Shown: positions 24,401 to 38,319 of the stretch, in pieces
Layout of the letters: each line of letters opens with the position of its first letter
How positions within the stretch are numbered: the first letter of the stretch is position 1
DNA from: Eledone cirrhosa
Lineage: Eukaryota
DNA length: 64,000 bases
NCBI GenBank assembly: GCA_964016885.1
Contig: OZ024743.1
Coordinates: 263,872,001-263,936,000, forward strand
Direction: 5' to 3'
The notes under the pieces: model-generated
What the model was told of the DNA's origin: nothing
Databases searched by the model: none
What the model saw: the letters and a program-made list of their open reading frames with translations, nothing else
Translations under genes and position numbers: made by a program

Positions 24401-25593
24401 TCTGGAAGAGCTATTGTGGTTGCTCTACGTGCACACTGCCCCATTCACGAAATCCATTCAGTTGTGATAGTAGAGATATCTGTTTGGTCGACTTTTCTAG
24501 ATTTTTTCAAGCGCTTGTGTCGTATTTCCAGGGACACAGGCAAAAGCGAGTTTTAAGCTACAGCAAAGAAGTTATTTTTCGAAGTACTATTGTATTATTG
24601 TTGCTATTCTTGATGTCGTCGGTCTCGTTGTTGGTAGTAGAGGTAATAGTGTTTTTACTCTTGACGCAGTCCAGGTAGCCACTGAAGCCGGGTTGTTGTG
24701 TTTAGTGATGGAGGAGATGCAAGTGTTGTCATTGTTGTTAGTGTTGTTGTCAACGGAGGTGTTGTTCTGATATACGTGGAACAATTTTCGCTTAAATCTT
24801 TCACAATGTTCCAGCATTGTCACTATATTTGCACTGGTGTTCGTCGACATCGTTGTAACTGCTGCTTTTGACTATTGTTTCTACAGTAGTAGAAAAAGTG
24901 ATGATCGCTTATATGCCACTTCTATTAATAGTGGTAGTGGTGTTCCTCTTATTCATAGTTTTCTGTTATTATTTCTTGCTTGTCTGTAACTGAACACAAT
25001 GAGAATTTTTGTTTTGAAATTGCATCGCTAGTCTGAGTTGATTTTAATTTTTTCCACTCGTCATATTTTGTATGCAAGACAATTTGTGTCTATACATTTC
25101 CTGCATAGCACTCCCCTCACATATTTCCCCTTCCCTCTCAATTTATCTACCTCCTCCTCTTCACACACACGTATATAAACCCACAAACACATATATCATT
25201 CGTGTCTTATAACATGAATTTGTTATATAGACACGCTAAAACGTTGTTTGTAAGTAATAATCTGCACTGGAATCATTACATTAAAATTTGATTATTGTAT
25301 ATTGCTGTTTAGATAGGTTGTTCTTCAAAATGGCAAGCCTTTCCATTGAACACAAACTATATTTCTTAATTAATTTATAGATACATTATTAATCTATTAT
25401 ATTACAGTTTCTGAAATTATAAACTGTACCTGTCAAACGTTTGATATACAACGTGATTTTGCCCTTCAAATGCTAAACTAATAAACAAAATGAGGAGTTT
25501 TCATTATAATCTGTTGCAGTATGATTCTTCGTATACTGTTTACATGAAAATGGAGTCTCTATCTTTCTTTCTATACACACACATATTCGCATA

Positions 25594-25678
<85 letters not shown>

Positions 25679-25998
25679 ATGTGTGTATGTAGGTGTGTGT
25701 CTGTGTGTGTGTGTGTATGCATACATATATTTATTTTTGTATATATACTTATGTTCTTATGTATGTATGTATTAGTGTATGTGTGAGTGTACGTGTATTG
25801 CTCTATTGTTTGTATGTTTATATGAATAGTAATTGTCTTTTTTATTTTGTTTGCTTCAGGGGTATATAACATATCTAATGTTCTGTATTTATCTGTAACT
25901 TATTCAATTAGAACATTCTATGTGCTTATACATGTATGTATGTTTTAACGAAGCTATTTATTCATATATGTATATATATATATATATACATATATGGA

Positions 25999-26043
<45 letters not shown>

Positions 26044-26047
26044 TGGA

Positions 26048-26092
<45 letters not shown>

Positions 26093-26754
26093 GCGCGCGC
26101 GCACCCACACATGCACACAATGGTCTGTGTCGGAGTATCCGTGTGAATAGATGCATGGTTTGTTATACTTGCACTAGAAAACACAAACCATAATTTCACA
26201 CAATGCAAGTCATGTGAAATCAGTCGAACCAGATTTTAGTAATGCATATTCTAAGCAGTTTAGAAGATTAAAATTATGAAGGGTGGAAATGCAATGATAC
26301 TGACTAAGAATATCATTGCTATATCTGCATGAAAATACTTCATATCTCATTATTTCCGATATGTAATAAGCGAAACGCAAAATAGAAGTACACCGGTAAC
26401 ATGTATGTATAGACTCCTACCGGTTGATGGAATCATAGGGTCTCTGTGGTGACATGCAGGGCTTCCTGGTGGGCATTTAAAACCCGTCGAAGTACATCTC
26501 TCCAAGTATGAATATAACAAATTTCTTCCATAAAAGAATAGAGAGTAAAAGAAATGAAGTGAGAAACAGCTATAGTGGTAGCATTGACTCCTTTTACTAG
26601 ACGGGTAGTCTTTTATCCACTTAAAAATTCTGCAATGCAAAGTTGGCCTCCAAGGGATTGAACTCAGAGAGCAGAGAGGTGGAACAAATATCACAAAGCA
26701 TTCTATCCGACATTCTAGCGAGTTTGTCAATTCACCTCATACATATGTAATATA

Positions 26755-26870
26755 ATTGTTTCTACTTTTGGCACAAGGCCAGCAATTACCCAATGTATTA
26801 CTGGTACTTTATTTTATCGACCCTGTAAGGATGAAAGGCAAAGTTAACCTCGGCGGGAATTTAACTCAGA
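26755..26870 (-). mobile_element. Nin-domain SINE (3' part); tRNA-head fragment adjacent at ~26655-26735
   Basis: AATTGTTTCTACTTTTGGCACAAGGCCAGC..CTGGTACTTTATTTTATCGACCCTGTAAGGATGAAAGGCAAAG..GGGAATTTAACTCAG. Confidence 0.8.
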
Positions 26871-27169
26871 CCATATGTAATATAATGAGCGGACCAAGTG
26901 AAATTACTAAAGCAAGTAGCTACACCACCTGCGTCAGAATCGTAAAGAAAGCAAGTTACATGAGGCCTTTGAATTCAAATAAATTACATTTTCGAGTTTT
27001 AAAGACAAGGTGTTTGGAGTGGATTAGGAATTTAAAGGTGAAATCAATAGTGACTTACATATTCAAATTTCGAAGTGAAACTTGAGTCACTAGATTCACA
27101 GCTATAAGGATGAACAAACTATAATAATGGTACTAATAATAATGATATTAATATAACCACAAAGTGTTT

Positions 27170-30150
27170 ACAAAAAGAAAATATTTAAGACAGCACATGA
27201 CGGCAGAAAACGGTACGTGAGATTTTTCGTGCAAAAAGTCATAACAATAAACAAGACAATTAAAACATAAAACAAAAGAAAATTCCTCAATGCAGGGGAC
27301 ATCAGCGGGTTACTCGTGGAGAAAAAGCCCTTTAAAACGCAACGACCACCCTGACCGCTAGGGCAAGGGACACCTACTAACTGTCCTCTTATCTATAGGT
27401 GCAAGCCCATTCACCCGGACAATTTTCGCCACTCTTATCCACCTTTCAACAAACTGCTTGAAAGGCAACACTTCGCTCTCCACTCTAATTTTTCTCTTCG
27501 GGTGAAACCTGAAAAGGTTAATGTGGGCTTCACCGAAAAGGAGGTTGCTTGTCTTCAACATTTCAAACGAGTCCACCACACGACCAGTTTCACCTTGGCT
27601 ACATGATAGATAGGGACTGCCTGCTCTTCCTCACTAAAGGAAGATGGTGGGGTGATATTCTCAATAAGCTCAGTTCGAAGTTGGATCGGTCCCACACGTG
27701 ACGGAAGGCGTTCGATGTAAACCCTCAAGTCAGCATTACTCGGACATTTGACGTTGTACATGGTAAGGTTTCATCACCATGCAAGCATCTCGGATAGGTC
27801 TTGATGTGAGCACTTCCATGCCTGTAGAATTTATCTTGAACTGGCAAAGTGTCTCGACATCACTGCCAAGCCACCGTTTTCTGGAAGTTATGCATGGGCA
27901 CTGGATAGAAAGTCATTTGGAAAAGAGTAGCTAGTTGATTTTTTGTATTGACGCCCAGTGTCTCCCCCAAAACGTCGTCGTTTTTATCCGCTACTAAATC
28001 TCTATAGAACACAAAGGTGCAGCTTCTAACGATAGCACTTCCCAAGCGGCTGACCCAGGACTGAAGCTCTGTCAAGGAGACGAATTATGTAAAACTGACT
28101 CTAGCAAACGGGGACACAGCTCTTCACCATCGAAGTAAATCTGGAGATGACGTAGCCTGAGCTGCATACCCAGTGTTCTATCCAGCAGATGTTGGATGCA
28201 AATGGACCACCTGGCCATTCCCGCACGTCTATTTCATAACACACCAAACAGCAAACGCGCCAGAGCGGTCAGACGTGTACCAGGACAAGTCACGATGGCC
28301 AGTCGGTAATACATAACGGATACGATGTACACGTTCCCCACCGCTTTCCCACCTTCGGAGATAGCTTCTTTCCGGCCCATTTTCGCTTGGGAATGGCCAC
28401 CCAATCTGACCCTTCCACAAAAAGCGAAAGTGTACACGTTCCAGTGCAGTCAGATATGAGATAAGATGAGGCACGATGGTCATGCGGTAGTAAATGATGG
28501 ACGCGTTGCTGGCGTTCGCCACCTCTGGGTGACCTTTCAATGATAACTACCTCTCTGCCCATTTCCGGGTGAGTGAAGCCACCTTGATCGTAGCTTCATC
28601 CCAGTGTTTTTTGTTCAATTGTAGGTCTGGATGAAAATAGATCCCATGCAATTTAACCCTCCCGTGCATCGAACACCTGGCGATGTTGTTGAATGGCTTG
28701 GATCACCGATTTCTTGGTTACTTCCTGTTCCTGGTATCACTTCGTATTTCCTGGTATGTTTGCATAAAGTTCGTAGGGAAAATCATCCAAACCAGGCGAT
28801 TTGCCCCTTGTGCAGTTAGTCTTCGGGTCCCATATTTCATCAGCCGTTATCGGCTTTTTCGCAACATCCCGCTGAGAGCTGCAGCAGGCTAGTGATGTAT
28901 ACACTGAAATCTATCCCATGACCCATTTCGCCACTGCACCCTAACATTCACGCAAAGTACCACTGAAAAAAAAGCACACATCTTCTTGGGATTGAATGCC
29001 GTATGCCTGTCGTGGTTCACCAAAGTACAAATTATGGCTTTGTATCCACACCTCACCCCCTTCACTTGGGCCCATCGAATGGCTTCCATCGCTCGTGTAT
29101 AAGAGCACACATCTTAGCTCTGATAACGCAGCCTTCGTGCCTAGAGTTGAAAAATTGTTCGGCCCCCAATTTCGGCGTAGCACATCGGCTACGATACCTT
29201 GCCTAAATGTCTCTTCTACCCTTTAACTATTTCTCCCTCTAGTACAGTTTTCTCTACCGTTGCTCCGTTCCTAAACCTTATTGATTCTGCTCTAATTACT
29301 CTTATCATGGCGAACTTCGATCGGTTGCTGATGTTCACCCCATTGTCTCATGTCGGACATGCAGTCAGAATGTTGGAAGCGTCTGAATAGATTTCCGAGG
29401 CTTTTGCATTCTCCTCTCCGATATGCTAGTCCCACACAATAAAAGGTCAGATAAGATATCGTTAGACACGTTCCTAGAAAGCTGTCCAGGCTCCTGTAGG
29501 GGCATAGACCACCATTAACATGATTTTCCCTGCTGTTCACGTCTAGCACAATCAGGTTTGTGAGATGATGATGGTGGTAGTAATGGAGATGATGATGAGC
29601 ATTTGTTGTCTCAAGGCTTTAGCTTTTTTCTGTTCACCACTTGCCCACATTTTAGGGCATAGAGAAAGTGATTTTTTTGGTTTTTGATCTTGCTGCAAAC
29701 GGTTTTAACACACCTTACCCTCGTCACAATCTGTATCCATCTGTTTCACGTCGTGTTGGGGCATGACTCCCCGGGTGTTGTTGATGTTGTTATTAGTGAT
29801 GGTAAATCTGCTGCTGCTATTGGTGCTGAATTTGTCTCTGCTATTATTGTTGTTGTTGGCGTTGCTGGTCATGTTGGGTTTTCAGCCGCTGGCGTAGTAG
29901 TTGTTCTTGCTGCTGTATGTGTGGCATACTGTCGTTGTTGTTGCTTTGTTGATGGTACGCTTGCCTCTAGTTTCTTTCTTTTTGCGGGCAGAAAGCCCTC
30001 AAGTGTCTTGTGGATGTACACAGATGGCATTTCTGTTTTGTACCTAGTATATTTATTCGGAGGTCTATTCCGTTGGGTAGCCATATTTGGTGCGAGATTT
30101 TTTTAAAATTTGGTTAGACTTCAGTTGGTTTGGCTAGCAGTTCCAGTCGT
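27170..30150 (-). pseudogene. Decayed, internally deleted L1/Tx1-like LINE
   Basis: Higher-GC block with broken minus-strand frames: IIYYRMT..ERVHFRFLWKG, RCLHGDET..CPS (C-terminal zinc-knuckle-like) and EGCVIRAK. A low-complexity ORF1-like remnant lies at 29869-30084. No YADD core seen. Confidence 0.55.
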
Positions 30151-30489
30151 TAGTTATAACTTCAATGTGTTGAACTAGACTATCAGTGAATCAAAATTAA
30201 TTGACAAAATAGTTCATGATGCTGACTTGTAATAAGATGCACCACCCAAAGCTAGATGTGGATCGTCTTTACCTTCGCAGAACTCAAGGAGGCAGAGGGG
30301 GACCTAGTTCATGTCAATAACGTCATTTGTATGTTTCCTGTGTCGTCTAGAGTGGGTCATGTTACCTTTCCAGACGTTGTATCTGCCATCTTCTGAAATG
30401 ATTGGTTTGAAAATGAATATACAGTGAGACAAAACGTGCGCGCGCGGCCAGTGTCTTTTGAGTCACACACACACATACACACACACTAT

Positions 30490-30563
<74 letters not shown>

Positions 30564-30643
30564 TAGTAGGATTGGTGCTTTGAAATAGCGATGTATACAT
30601 GAATGTATGTATGTATATATATACATATATATACACACACACA

Positions 30644-30710
<67 letters not shown>

Positions 30711-31227
30711 AGGTTATATTTAATTTGTTGGGATACAACAAGCAAAATATTTTTATAACTGATATAAAGCACTCAACAAATTATTGGAGTAAATATACAA
30801 TATATTAACAAATGGAAACTATATTTATAAAACCATATTTATTTCATTATACATATTTCAAGGGCCACCAGAGCAAACTATGGTGCGTTTTCATCAGATA
30901 AAATATAATATAGGTTAGTTTTATAAATAAATATTGACATACCCTTAAAAAATGCAACCATTCTGGTTGGAATCTCCTGGATAGAGGAGTTATTAGATTT
31001 ATAGTTGGGTTATTATGCAAATTAGTGTTGGAAAGGTTTAAAAACAGTATATTTAAATTAAGCTGTTGGAATAGGGAAAAAAGAGAAAAGAAAGAAAAAA
31101 ACGAAAGAGAGAAAGAAAAAAAAACCTGAGTATATTTAAGTGAGAGAGAATAGCGTAATTTTGAGAGAAGAGGCGAAGAAATAAATATAGCTTGGATGAA
31201 TACCGTAAGATGGATAAACAATAATAA

Positions 31228-31356
31228 TTGTTTCTACTTTAGCCACAAGGCCAGCAATTACCCAGTGCATTACTGGTACTTTATTTTATCGACGCCGTAA
31301 GGATGAAAGGCAAAGTCAACTTCGGTGGGATTTGAACTCAGATCGTAAAGGGATGT
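31228..31356 (-). mobile_element. 5'-truncated Nin-domain SINE with 11-bp TSD, in the left arm only
   Basis: AACAATAATAA at 31217-31227 and 31357-31367. The empty site is present in the right arm (~32440-32460). Confidence 0.85.
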
Positions 31357-31695
31357 AACAATAATAATAAACAATAATAAAGATGGATAAACAATAATAA
31401 AGATAAGTTGAAGATTTATCTAATGTTTAATTAATAAATTTGATTAAATGTTTAATTAATAATTTATCAATTCCATCCGCAGTTTAAATGTTTAAATGTG
31501 TATGTTAGATTATTAAAGTTGAGACCTATATATTATTAAAAAATATGTTATTATTACAAAACCATATATAATTTTATATATGTTTTTTTCTGAAAATTCC
31601 TATGATGGATACAAAGAATTCATAATTCATAATTTAAATTATAATTCATATTTTATATTGTATATTTTGTAATTTATATATTTTTCAAATGCTTA

Positions 31696-31749
<54 letters not shown>

Positions 31750-32770
31750 GTGTGTATATGTATACGTATATCAAAATGTTTATGTATATATATAAAATTT
31801 ATACTTTAAATATATTCTACAGATATACTCTTATGAAAGAGTTTTTTTATGGTTTATGCTTTGGATATATTCCAATGAATTAATTTTTAAATGTTAACAC
31901 GTTATAGCAAACAAATTTATGTTTTTAACAGTCATAACTGTATGACAGGTTAGAGTTATAAATTTATAACTTGCTATAAAATAACATAAAATTCATACTC
32001 TAATTACATTATAAAGATGGATAATTAAATTTTTTAACATCTTAACTTTATAGCATTTAATCCTTAGAGCTATCTAAATTATTTATAAATCGCTAGCAAT
32101 TTCCTTTACGCTCTACTACTATTACAAATAAGGGATTATTCTTCTGTAAACTCTCGGAAATTCCATGAGCTTAGAAATATTCGGATATTTTAAACTTACA
32201 AATTTTTTTAAATAATTAATAAAATTATATATGGTTTTGTAATAATAACATTTTTTAATAATATATATTCTTTAATAATATATAGGTCCAACTTTAATAA
32301 TCTAACATACACATTTAAACATTTAAACTACGGATTGAATTGATAAATTATTAATTAAGCATTTAATCAAATTTATTATGTAAACATTAGATACATTTTT
32401 CAACTTATCTTTATTATTGTTTATCCACCTTTATTATTGTTTATTATTATTGTTTATCTATCTTACGGTATTCATCCACGCTATATTTATTTCTTCGCCT
32501 CTTCTCTCAAAATTACGCTATTCTCTCTCACTAAAATATACTCAGGTTTTCTTTCTCTTTCTTTCTTTCGTCTTTTCTCTTTCTTTTCTCTTTTTACCCT
32601 ATCCCAACGGCTTAATTTAAATATACTGTTTTTAAACCTTTCCAACACTAATTTGCATAATAAACCAACAATAAATCTAATAACTCCACTATCCAGGAGA
32701 TTCCAACCAGAATGGTTGCATTTTTTAAGGGTATGACAATATTTATTTATAAAACTAACCTATATTATAT

Positions 32771-32828
32771 TTTATCTGATGAAAGCGCACCATTGTTTGC
32801 TCTGGTGGCCCTTGAAATATGTATAATG
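32771..32828 (+). ncRNA. Hammerhead-like motif (family H; mirror ~30845-30902, -)
   Basis: CTGATGA-AAGCGCACCA..TGGTGGCCCTT-GAAA-TATG-TA-TAATG. The core is canonical but the stem I register is imperfect. Confidence 0.55.
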
Positions 32829-32940
32829 AAATAAATATGGTTTTATAAATATAGTTTCGATTTGTTAATATATTGTATATATATATATACATACATACAT
32901 TCATGTATACAGCGCTATTTGAAAGCACCAATCCTACTAC

Positions 32941-32976
<36 letters not shown>

Positions 32977-33528
32977 GTAGATAAATCTACCAAGAGTTTA
33001 CGGTAGTGTCCAATCCGTATGAAGAACTCAATGTAATCCGGATATCATGGAAAGAAGAGATGCATTCAAAAATCACTTTCGGTGAAAGATAAACGGAATA
33101 CAGAGTCAAGATAAAATATAAAAAAAATAATGAATAAAACAATGAAACAGTTCCTTATATTAAACAAAAAAAGTTCATTATTTAACGATCGTTTCTAGGA
33201 CATATATGTGTTAGAATTGGCATGCATACTCAACAGATCTATGTACAAAATTATACAAAATTATACAAACTATCAAATTTAATATACATACCAACACATA
33301 CATATGCCGTCTTCAGAAATAATCATTATTTCTGAAGACGGCATATGTATGTGTTGGTATGTATATTAAATTTGATAGTTTGTATAATTTTGTATAATTT
33401 TGTACATAGATCTGTTGAGTATGCATGCCAATTCTAACACATATATGTCCTAGAAACGATCGTTAAATAATGAACTTTTTTTGTTTAATATAAGGAACTG
33501 TTTCATTGTTTTATTCATTATTTTTTAA

Positions 33529-33536
<8 letters not shown>
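32977..33536. mobile_element. Palindromic family A element (arms ~33112-33323 and 33325-33536, 1-nt loop) plus tail
   Basis: CTTCAGAAATAAT-C-ATTATTTCTGAAG at the axis. Arms are essentially identical. Between (TA)n runs. Confidence 0.9.
33325..33471 (+). ncRNA. Type I hammerhead with ~114-nt stem II domain (family A; mirror 33177-33323, -)
   Basis: ATTATTT-CTGAAGA-CGGCATATGTATGTGTTGG...CTAACACATATATGTCCTA-GAAAC-GATC-GTT-AAATAAT with a 7-bp stem I. Confidence 0.85.
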
Positions 33537-33588
<52 letters not shown>

Positions 33589-33592
<4 letters not shown>

Positions 33593-33946
33593 TAAACGGA
33601 AAAGAAAATGCTGACAAATTGTTCACAGTGAAAAATAGTTTAATTAGGAATAAGTGAGAATTAGTAATATTATTGGTTAGTATTCAGTTTTGGTTTTAAG
33701 TTTTACCGGTTGCGCATTTCTAATACTTTTCAAAAATAATTTTGAGATAGAGTGTCCGTGATGTTTGCTCTGATCACGGACGCTCTATCTCAAAATTATT
33801 TTTGAAAAGCATTAGAAATGCGCAACCGGTAGAACTTAAAACCAAAACTGAATACTAACCAATACTATTACTAATTCTCACTTATTCCTAATTAAACTAT
33901 TTTTCACTGTGAACAATTTGTCAGCATTTTCTTTTCCGTTTACCAA
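33589..33946. repeat. Palindromic element (~175-bp arms, 10-nt loop 33763-33772) next to (TA)n
   Basis: Near-perfect mirror. Contains GAAATGCGCA (33815), resembling an HHR 3' half with a palindromic GCGC loop, but no CUGANGA half. Confidence 0.85.
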
Positions 33947-33996
33947 TATATCATAACTTGTGTGTTACACCTCTATTCTTTTAAATATATATATAT

Positions 33997-36900
33997 ATTG
34001 TTATACTTGGGGAGGGTCATATTTGTGTAATATTGCCAGAATTAATAACAGACACACTCACTGTTTGGTTGGTTTTCGCTTTTCGCTTCTGTGTCTTTTA
34101 TATCGGCAATCTAATATACTCGGTCCTCAATGTTGCCATTGATTGACCGACGGTCAAAAATAATACAGATACAATATAGACACAAACACATATATATAGT
34201 TTATCATAAATCTTTCGTTGCACATCTGCAACATCGTCAGTGGTGCTATTGTTTCCTTCTGTTGAATTGTATGGCTACGCCATTTTTATTCAGTCTGTCT
34301 ATATATTTATTTATTTATTTGCTTGTTTGTTTATTTCATTTTGTCTTCTTTGCGCATGCGTTTGCGTGTGTGTATAGTATTTGTTTGATGTGTGATGTGT
34401 GTTCGTGATTGGGTGACTAATGTGTGTTTATGTGTTTGTTGTTATTGTGCTTGTGTATGTATTTATTTATTTATTTATTTATTTATTTTATTTTATTTTA
34501 TTTACTTATTTATACTTCTCTTAAGTCAGTGTTGTTTGTTTGGGTGTTGTTGTTATTCCATTCATTCTTTCTGTTTAGTCTTGGTCTTCTAAGTTCTATT
34601 TCACTGGCCTCTCTGATTTGGCCTATCTGCTGGGTCATTTCTATGTTTAGATATTATTCTAATTTCTATGTTGTCTATCTTACCGTCATGTTGTCTGGCA
34701 TGTTCGTATAGTACTGAGCCGTTTTTTCGTCCTTTTAGTTCCCCCAGTGTTGATCTATCCTTTCACCTATGCTACGAGCTGTCTCACCTATGTATGTTGT
34801 TGTCATCTTTCTGCAGGTACCCTCTGTACATCTTATGCTATAGACTACGTTTCTAGTTTTACAGTTTATCCGGGGGTTTACCTTACATGTGATACATTTC
34901 CTATTGGTGCAGTGGGTTTTCTTAAAAGGGTAGGTTTTGCTGATGAAGGATTTTATGGTGGTTCCTGGCTTTTCTACCACCTTAATTTTTAAGTGGGTCT
35001 TTCTCAGGGCCTTTCTACACTGGTTAGCTAATTTCCCTCCAGGGGTAGCGTCCACAAACATGACACTCTTGTATCTCTGGTTGTCGTAACATGAGGTGGC
35101 TTTCCCTATCTTATGTCTAGCCCTATCTAAGCTATTCCATGATTTGCTACTGTATAATGGGCAAATTCCTTTCATGTCCAGTTCTATGAGGGTCTTATAT
35201 TTCTCCATGGCTCCTTCGTATACTCTGACTGTCTCTTTGGTTGTAGTCAGAGAACTGCATGCGGTTGATGAAGTGTTGGATGTGTCTTTCCATTTCTGTT
35301 GGGTCGCACTTGCGGGACACATTCTTCATCACTCGTACCAAATCTGCGATCAGAATATTAAACTTAGCACTACTGGAGTATCAGGTATTTGGAGGCCATG
35401 GGTTTAGCATAGTGTGAGTGGAGAATTTGGGCTCTCTCGTCTATAGTGTTAATCCAGAGTTCTGTCTCTAATACAGGTGGTCTATTGTTAGGGTGTTTGG
35501 AAGGGTAGTCGATAGTTACAGTTATACTCTGGTGTATGGAATTAGCTATCTGCTGGATGCTTTCCATTGTGCTACGTTCTAAATCAAACTTGTTAGTGCT
35601 CTCTAGTGGGGATGTTCTTATAACTATATTGATATCGTCTACATAACGAGAGTACATGATGAGGTCTATGGGGCTCTTATTAAGGAGATCTTTAAGTCTC
35701 CTTTCCCACCATACCATGAAAAGGTTGGCAACATCACCAGCTATGCTGACGCCAATGGCTGTTCCTTCATTTTGGGTGTAGATCTTCTCGTTGAACTTAA
35801 ATATGTGGCCCTTGAGGCTAGTTTTGATACTAGCCCCTATTGCATGTGCGACCATTTTTCTTACCTGATCATTGTTTTGGGGTGTCCGTATAGCTTTGGT
35901 CCACCCAATCCACCTTCCCATGGGAGCCTTTTTTGCCATAGAGGTTATGGTGGGGGGTCTACCTCTTATGGGTCTACTAGGGCAGAAACGTCTAAGGTCA
36001 TGGCTGTCTAGGTAGTCAGTGTCGTAGGTAAGACTAAGTAGGAGGCCCAGTTCGTCTGTGTCGACGTCGCAGAACTCCACCTCACTCTCAATGATCATCT
36101 CCACACATTTTTTCACAGCAAAATCAATGTTAATGGATGGGTACAGTGACACCACATCAATGCTGCCTATTATGCAGTTGGATAGGTTCCTGTTTTTGTT
36201 ACACTCACTGATTCTGCTGAGGAGATCCTCTGTACTGTCACATACACCCGGGGACATCTTGATTATGGGGCGCATAACCATTGAGAGGAAGTAGGAGATC
36301 CTGTAGTTACTAGCTATATTTGCTCCGCATACGGGTCTTGTTAGTGGTCCTGTTGTCGGGTCGTCGACTGTCTTGTGGTCTTTGCGGAGCCCATACAAGG
36401 GTGGTATGCCATTGTTAGACGCCTGGAAGTTGTTGGCAGTGCGTCTGCTTGGATTTAGGATGTCAGTCCACATCATCATGTGAGCGTTGAGGATTTTCTC
36501 TCTCCCATTGTCTGTTTTTTTTGTGCAATTTCGCTCGTGTTGGTGATGTGGGGTTGCATAGCCTTGATGTAGTTCGGCATTCTATCTATTGACATCCTAC
36601 CAGACTTATCCGTGGGTAGACATACTACCTCACCTTCCCTTGTGCGCTGCTTGAGGCTAACCAAACCTTCTACAGGTTTCCTCCCAAGTTGTTGGGCCTC
36701 TGGTCTGCTCTGTCTCTCAGTATACCTGTCTACTATTGTCTAATCTTATTTCTAGCTATGGTTAACTGTGCCTCTGTCTCGTCATCTATTTGTTGTGGTA
36801 TGCAAACTCTTTTATTAAAGGGTAACCTCGTAGGATAGATATTACCCATCTTATATGTTTTGTCAGCTGGGTTGAAAAATAGTTTCTCTAAGGGGTTGTC

Positions 36901-38319
36901 ATTATATCTATCGTCATAGTTGCGTGTGTTGCTATTATTGTTATCATGGTGGTTGTTGTTGTTCCTATCATTAGCATTATTATTATTGTTATGATTGCTA
37001 GATGTATTGTTGTTTACTTCACCGTTATTGTTGTTGTTACTGTTATTTCTACCATTGTGGTTGTTACTTTTATTATGTTTCTTGTTTTTGTTGTGTCTAT
37101 CATTAATGTTGCTACATGTATTATTTCCATTATTACCACTGTGGTTATTGTTGTTGTTGTTCGTATTGTTACCGTTATTACTACTGTGGTCGCTGCTGCT
37201 GTGTCTGTGGTTAATGTTTCTATTATTATTATTATCGTGGTTGTTGTTGTTCTGTCTATCGTTAGTATTATTACCATTATTACTATTTCTCACTTCCTGC
37301 TATTGTTATTGTTATGGCTGTTATTTCTATACTCAGAGTTATTGTTTATATTACTACTACCGTTATTATTGTTGTTGTTGTTGTTGTTTACCTTTGCATT
37401 CCAACGTATTTTTGTGAAACACTTTTCCAGCTCCGTTTTGCACTCCATAGGGTTAATCTTTTTGTAGATGGCAAATGTTGGTGGTAGCTGCAGGATTTGT
37501 TGTTCTTGTTCACTGATTAAAGTGTTCCCATAAATATTTACTGTGTGGTCATTGGTAAATTCTTCCGGTAGTTTTACATCAGTCATGCGGATATTGTTGA
37601 TGTTATCTGGGTATTTTTGAGAATATTCTATTTTCCTTTCTAGTAGTTTTTTTCTTATTCATCCATTCTAATTTCTTATTGAAGTGCCTATTGCATTCGT
37701 TTCGGGCGTATTTCGTTTCACGTCGGATGACGCTCGTGAAGTTATCCCTCTCGTTTGGCGTGGTGAGATTTCGGACTTCCTTACCGTTAATGCGTTTCTG
37801 TCTGTAAAGTTCGTTGACTTTTGTGTATGTTGTTCTTTTCATATTAACTGTTATTGTGTGTTTTCGACGTTCAGCTTGTGTTTTGTTCAATAATAAATTA
37901 TTTACTTGTTTTGATATGTTTGTTGTGTATATTTTGGAGGAAACACAGTGTTTTAAGAAGCGGATTTGTTCTGTTGTTATTGTAGTTTTTTTTATTGTAG
38001 TTTTTATATAACAGAAAGCAGTGTCTTTCAATAACCTTCAGCTTGGCACAAGCTAATGCCATAACGGCGATGAATTAGTTTTGCGAGGTTTTATATATGA
38101 AATCGTGTGTTGAAACAAATATTGTTATACTTGGGGAGGGTCATATTTGTGTAATATTGCCAGAATTAATAACAGAACACACTCACTGTTTGGTTGTTTT
38201 TTTAATTTATTTTTTTAATTTTTATTATTAATTCTGGCAATATTACACAAATATGACCCTCCCCAAGTATAACAATATTTGTTTCGACACACGATTTCAT
38301 ATAGAAAACCTCGCAAAAC

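Larger units (their letters stand above)
30563..32940. mobile_element. Large inverted-repeat PLE derivative (family H): arms ~30563-31577 and 32219-32940, ~640-bp spacer
   Basis: Mirror sequences such as GTAGTAGGATTGGTGCTTT/AAAGCACCAATCCTACTAC. HHR-like motif in both arms. The left arm has extra insertions. Flanked by (TA)n. Confidence 0.85.
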
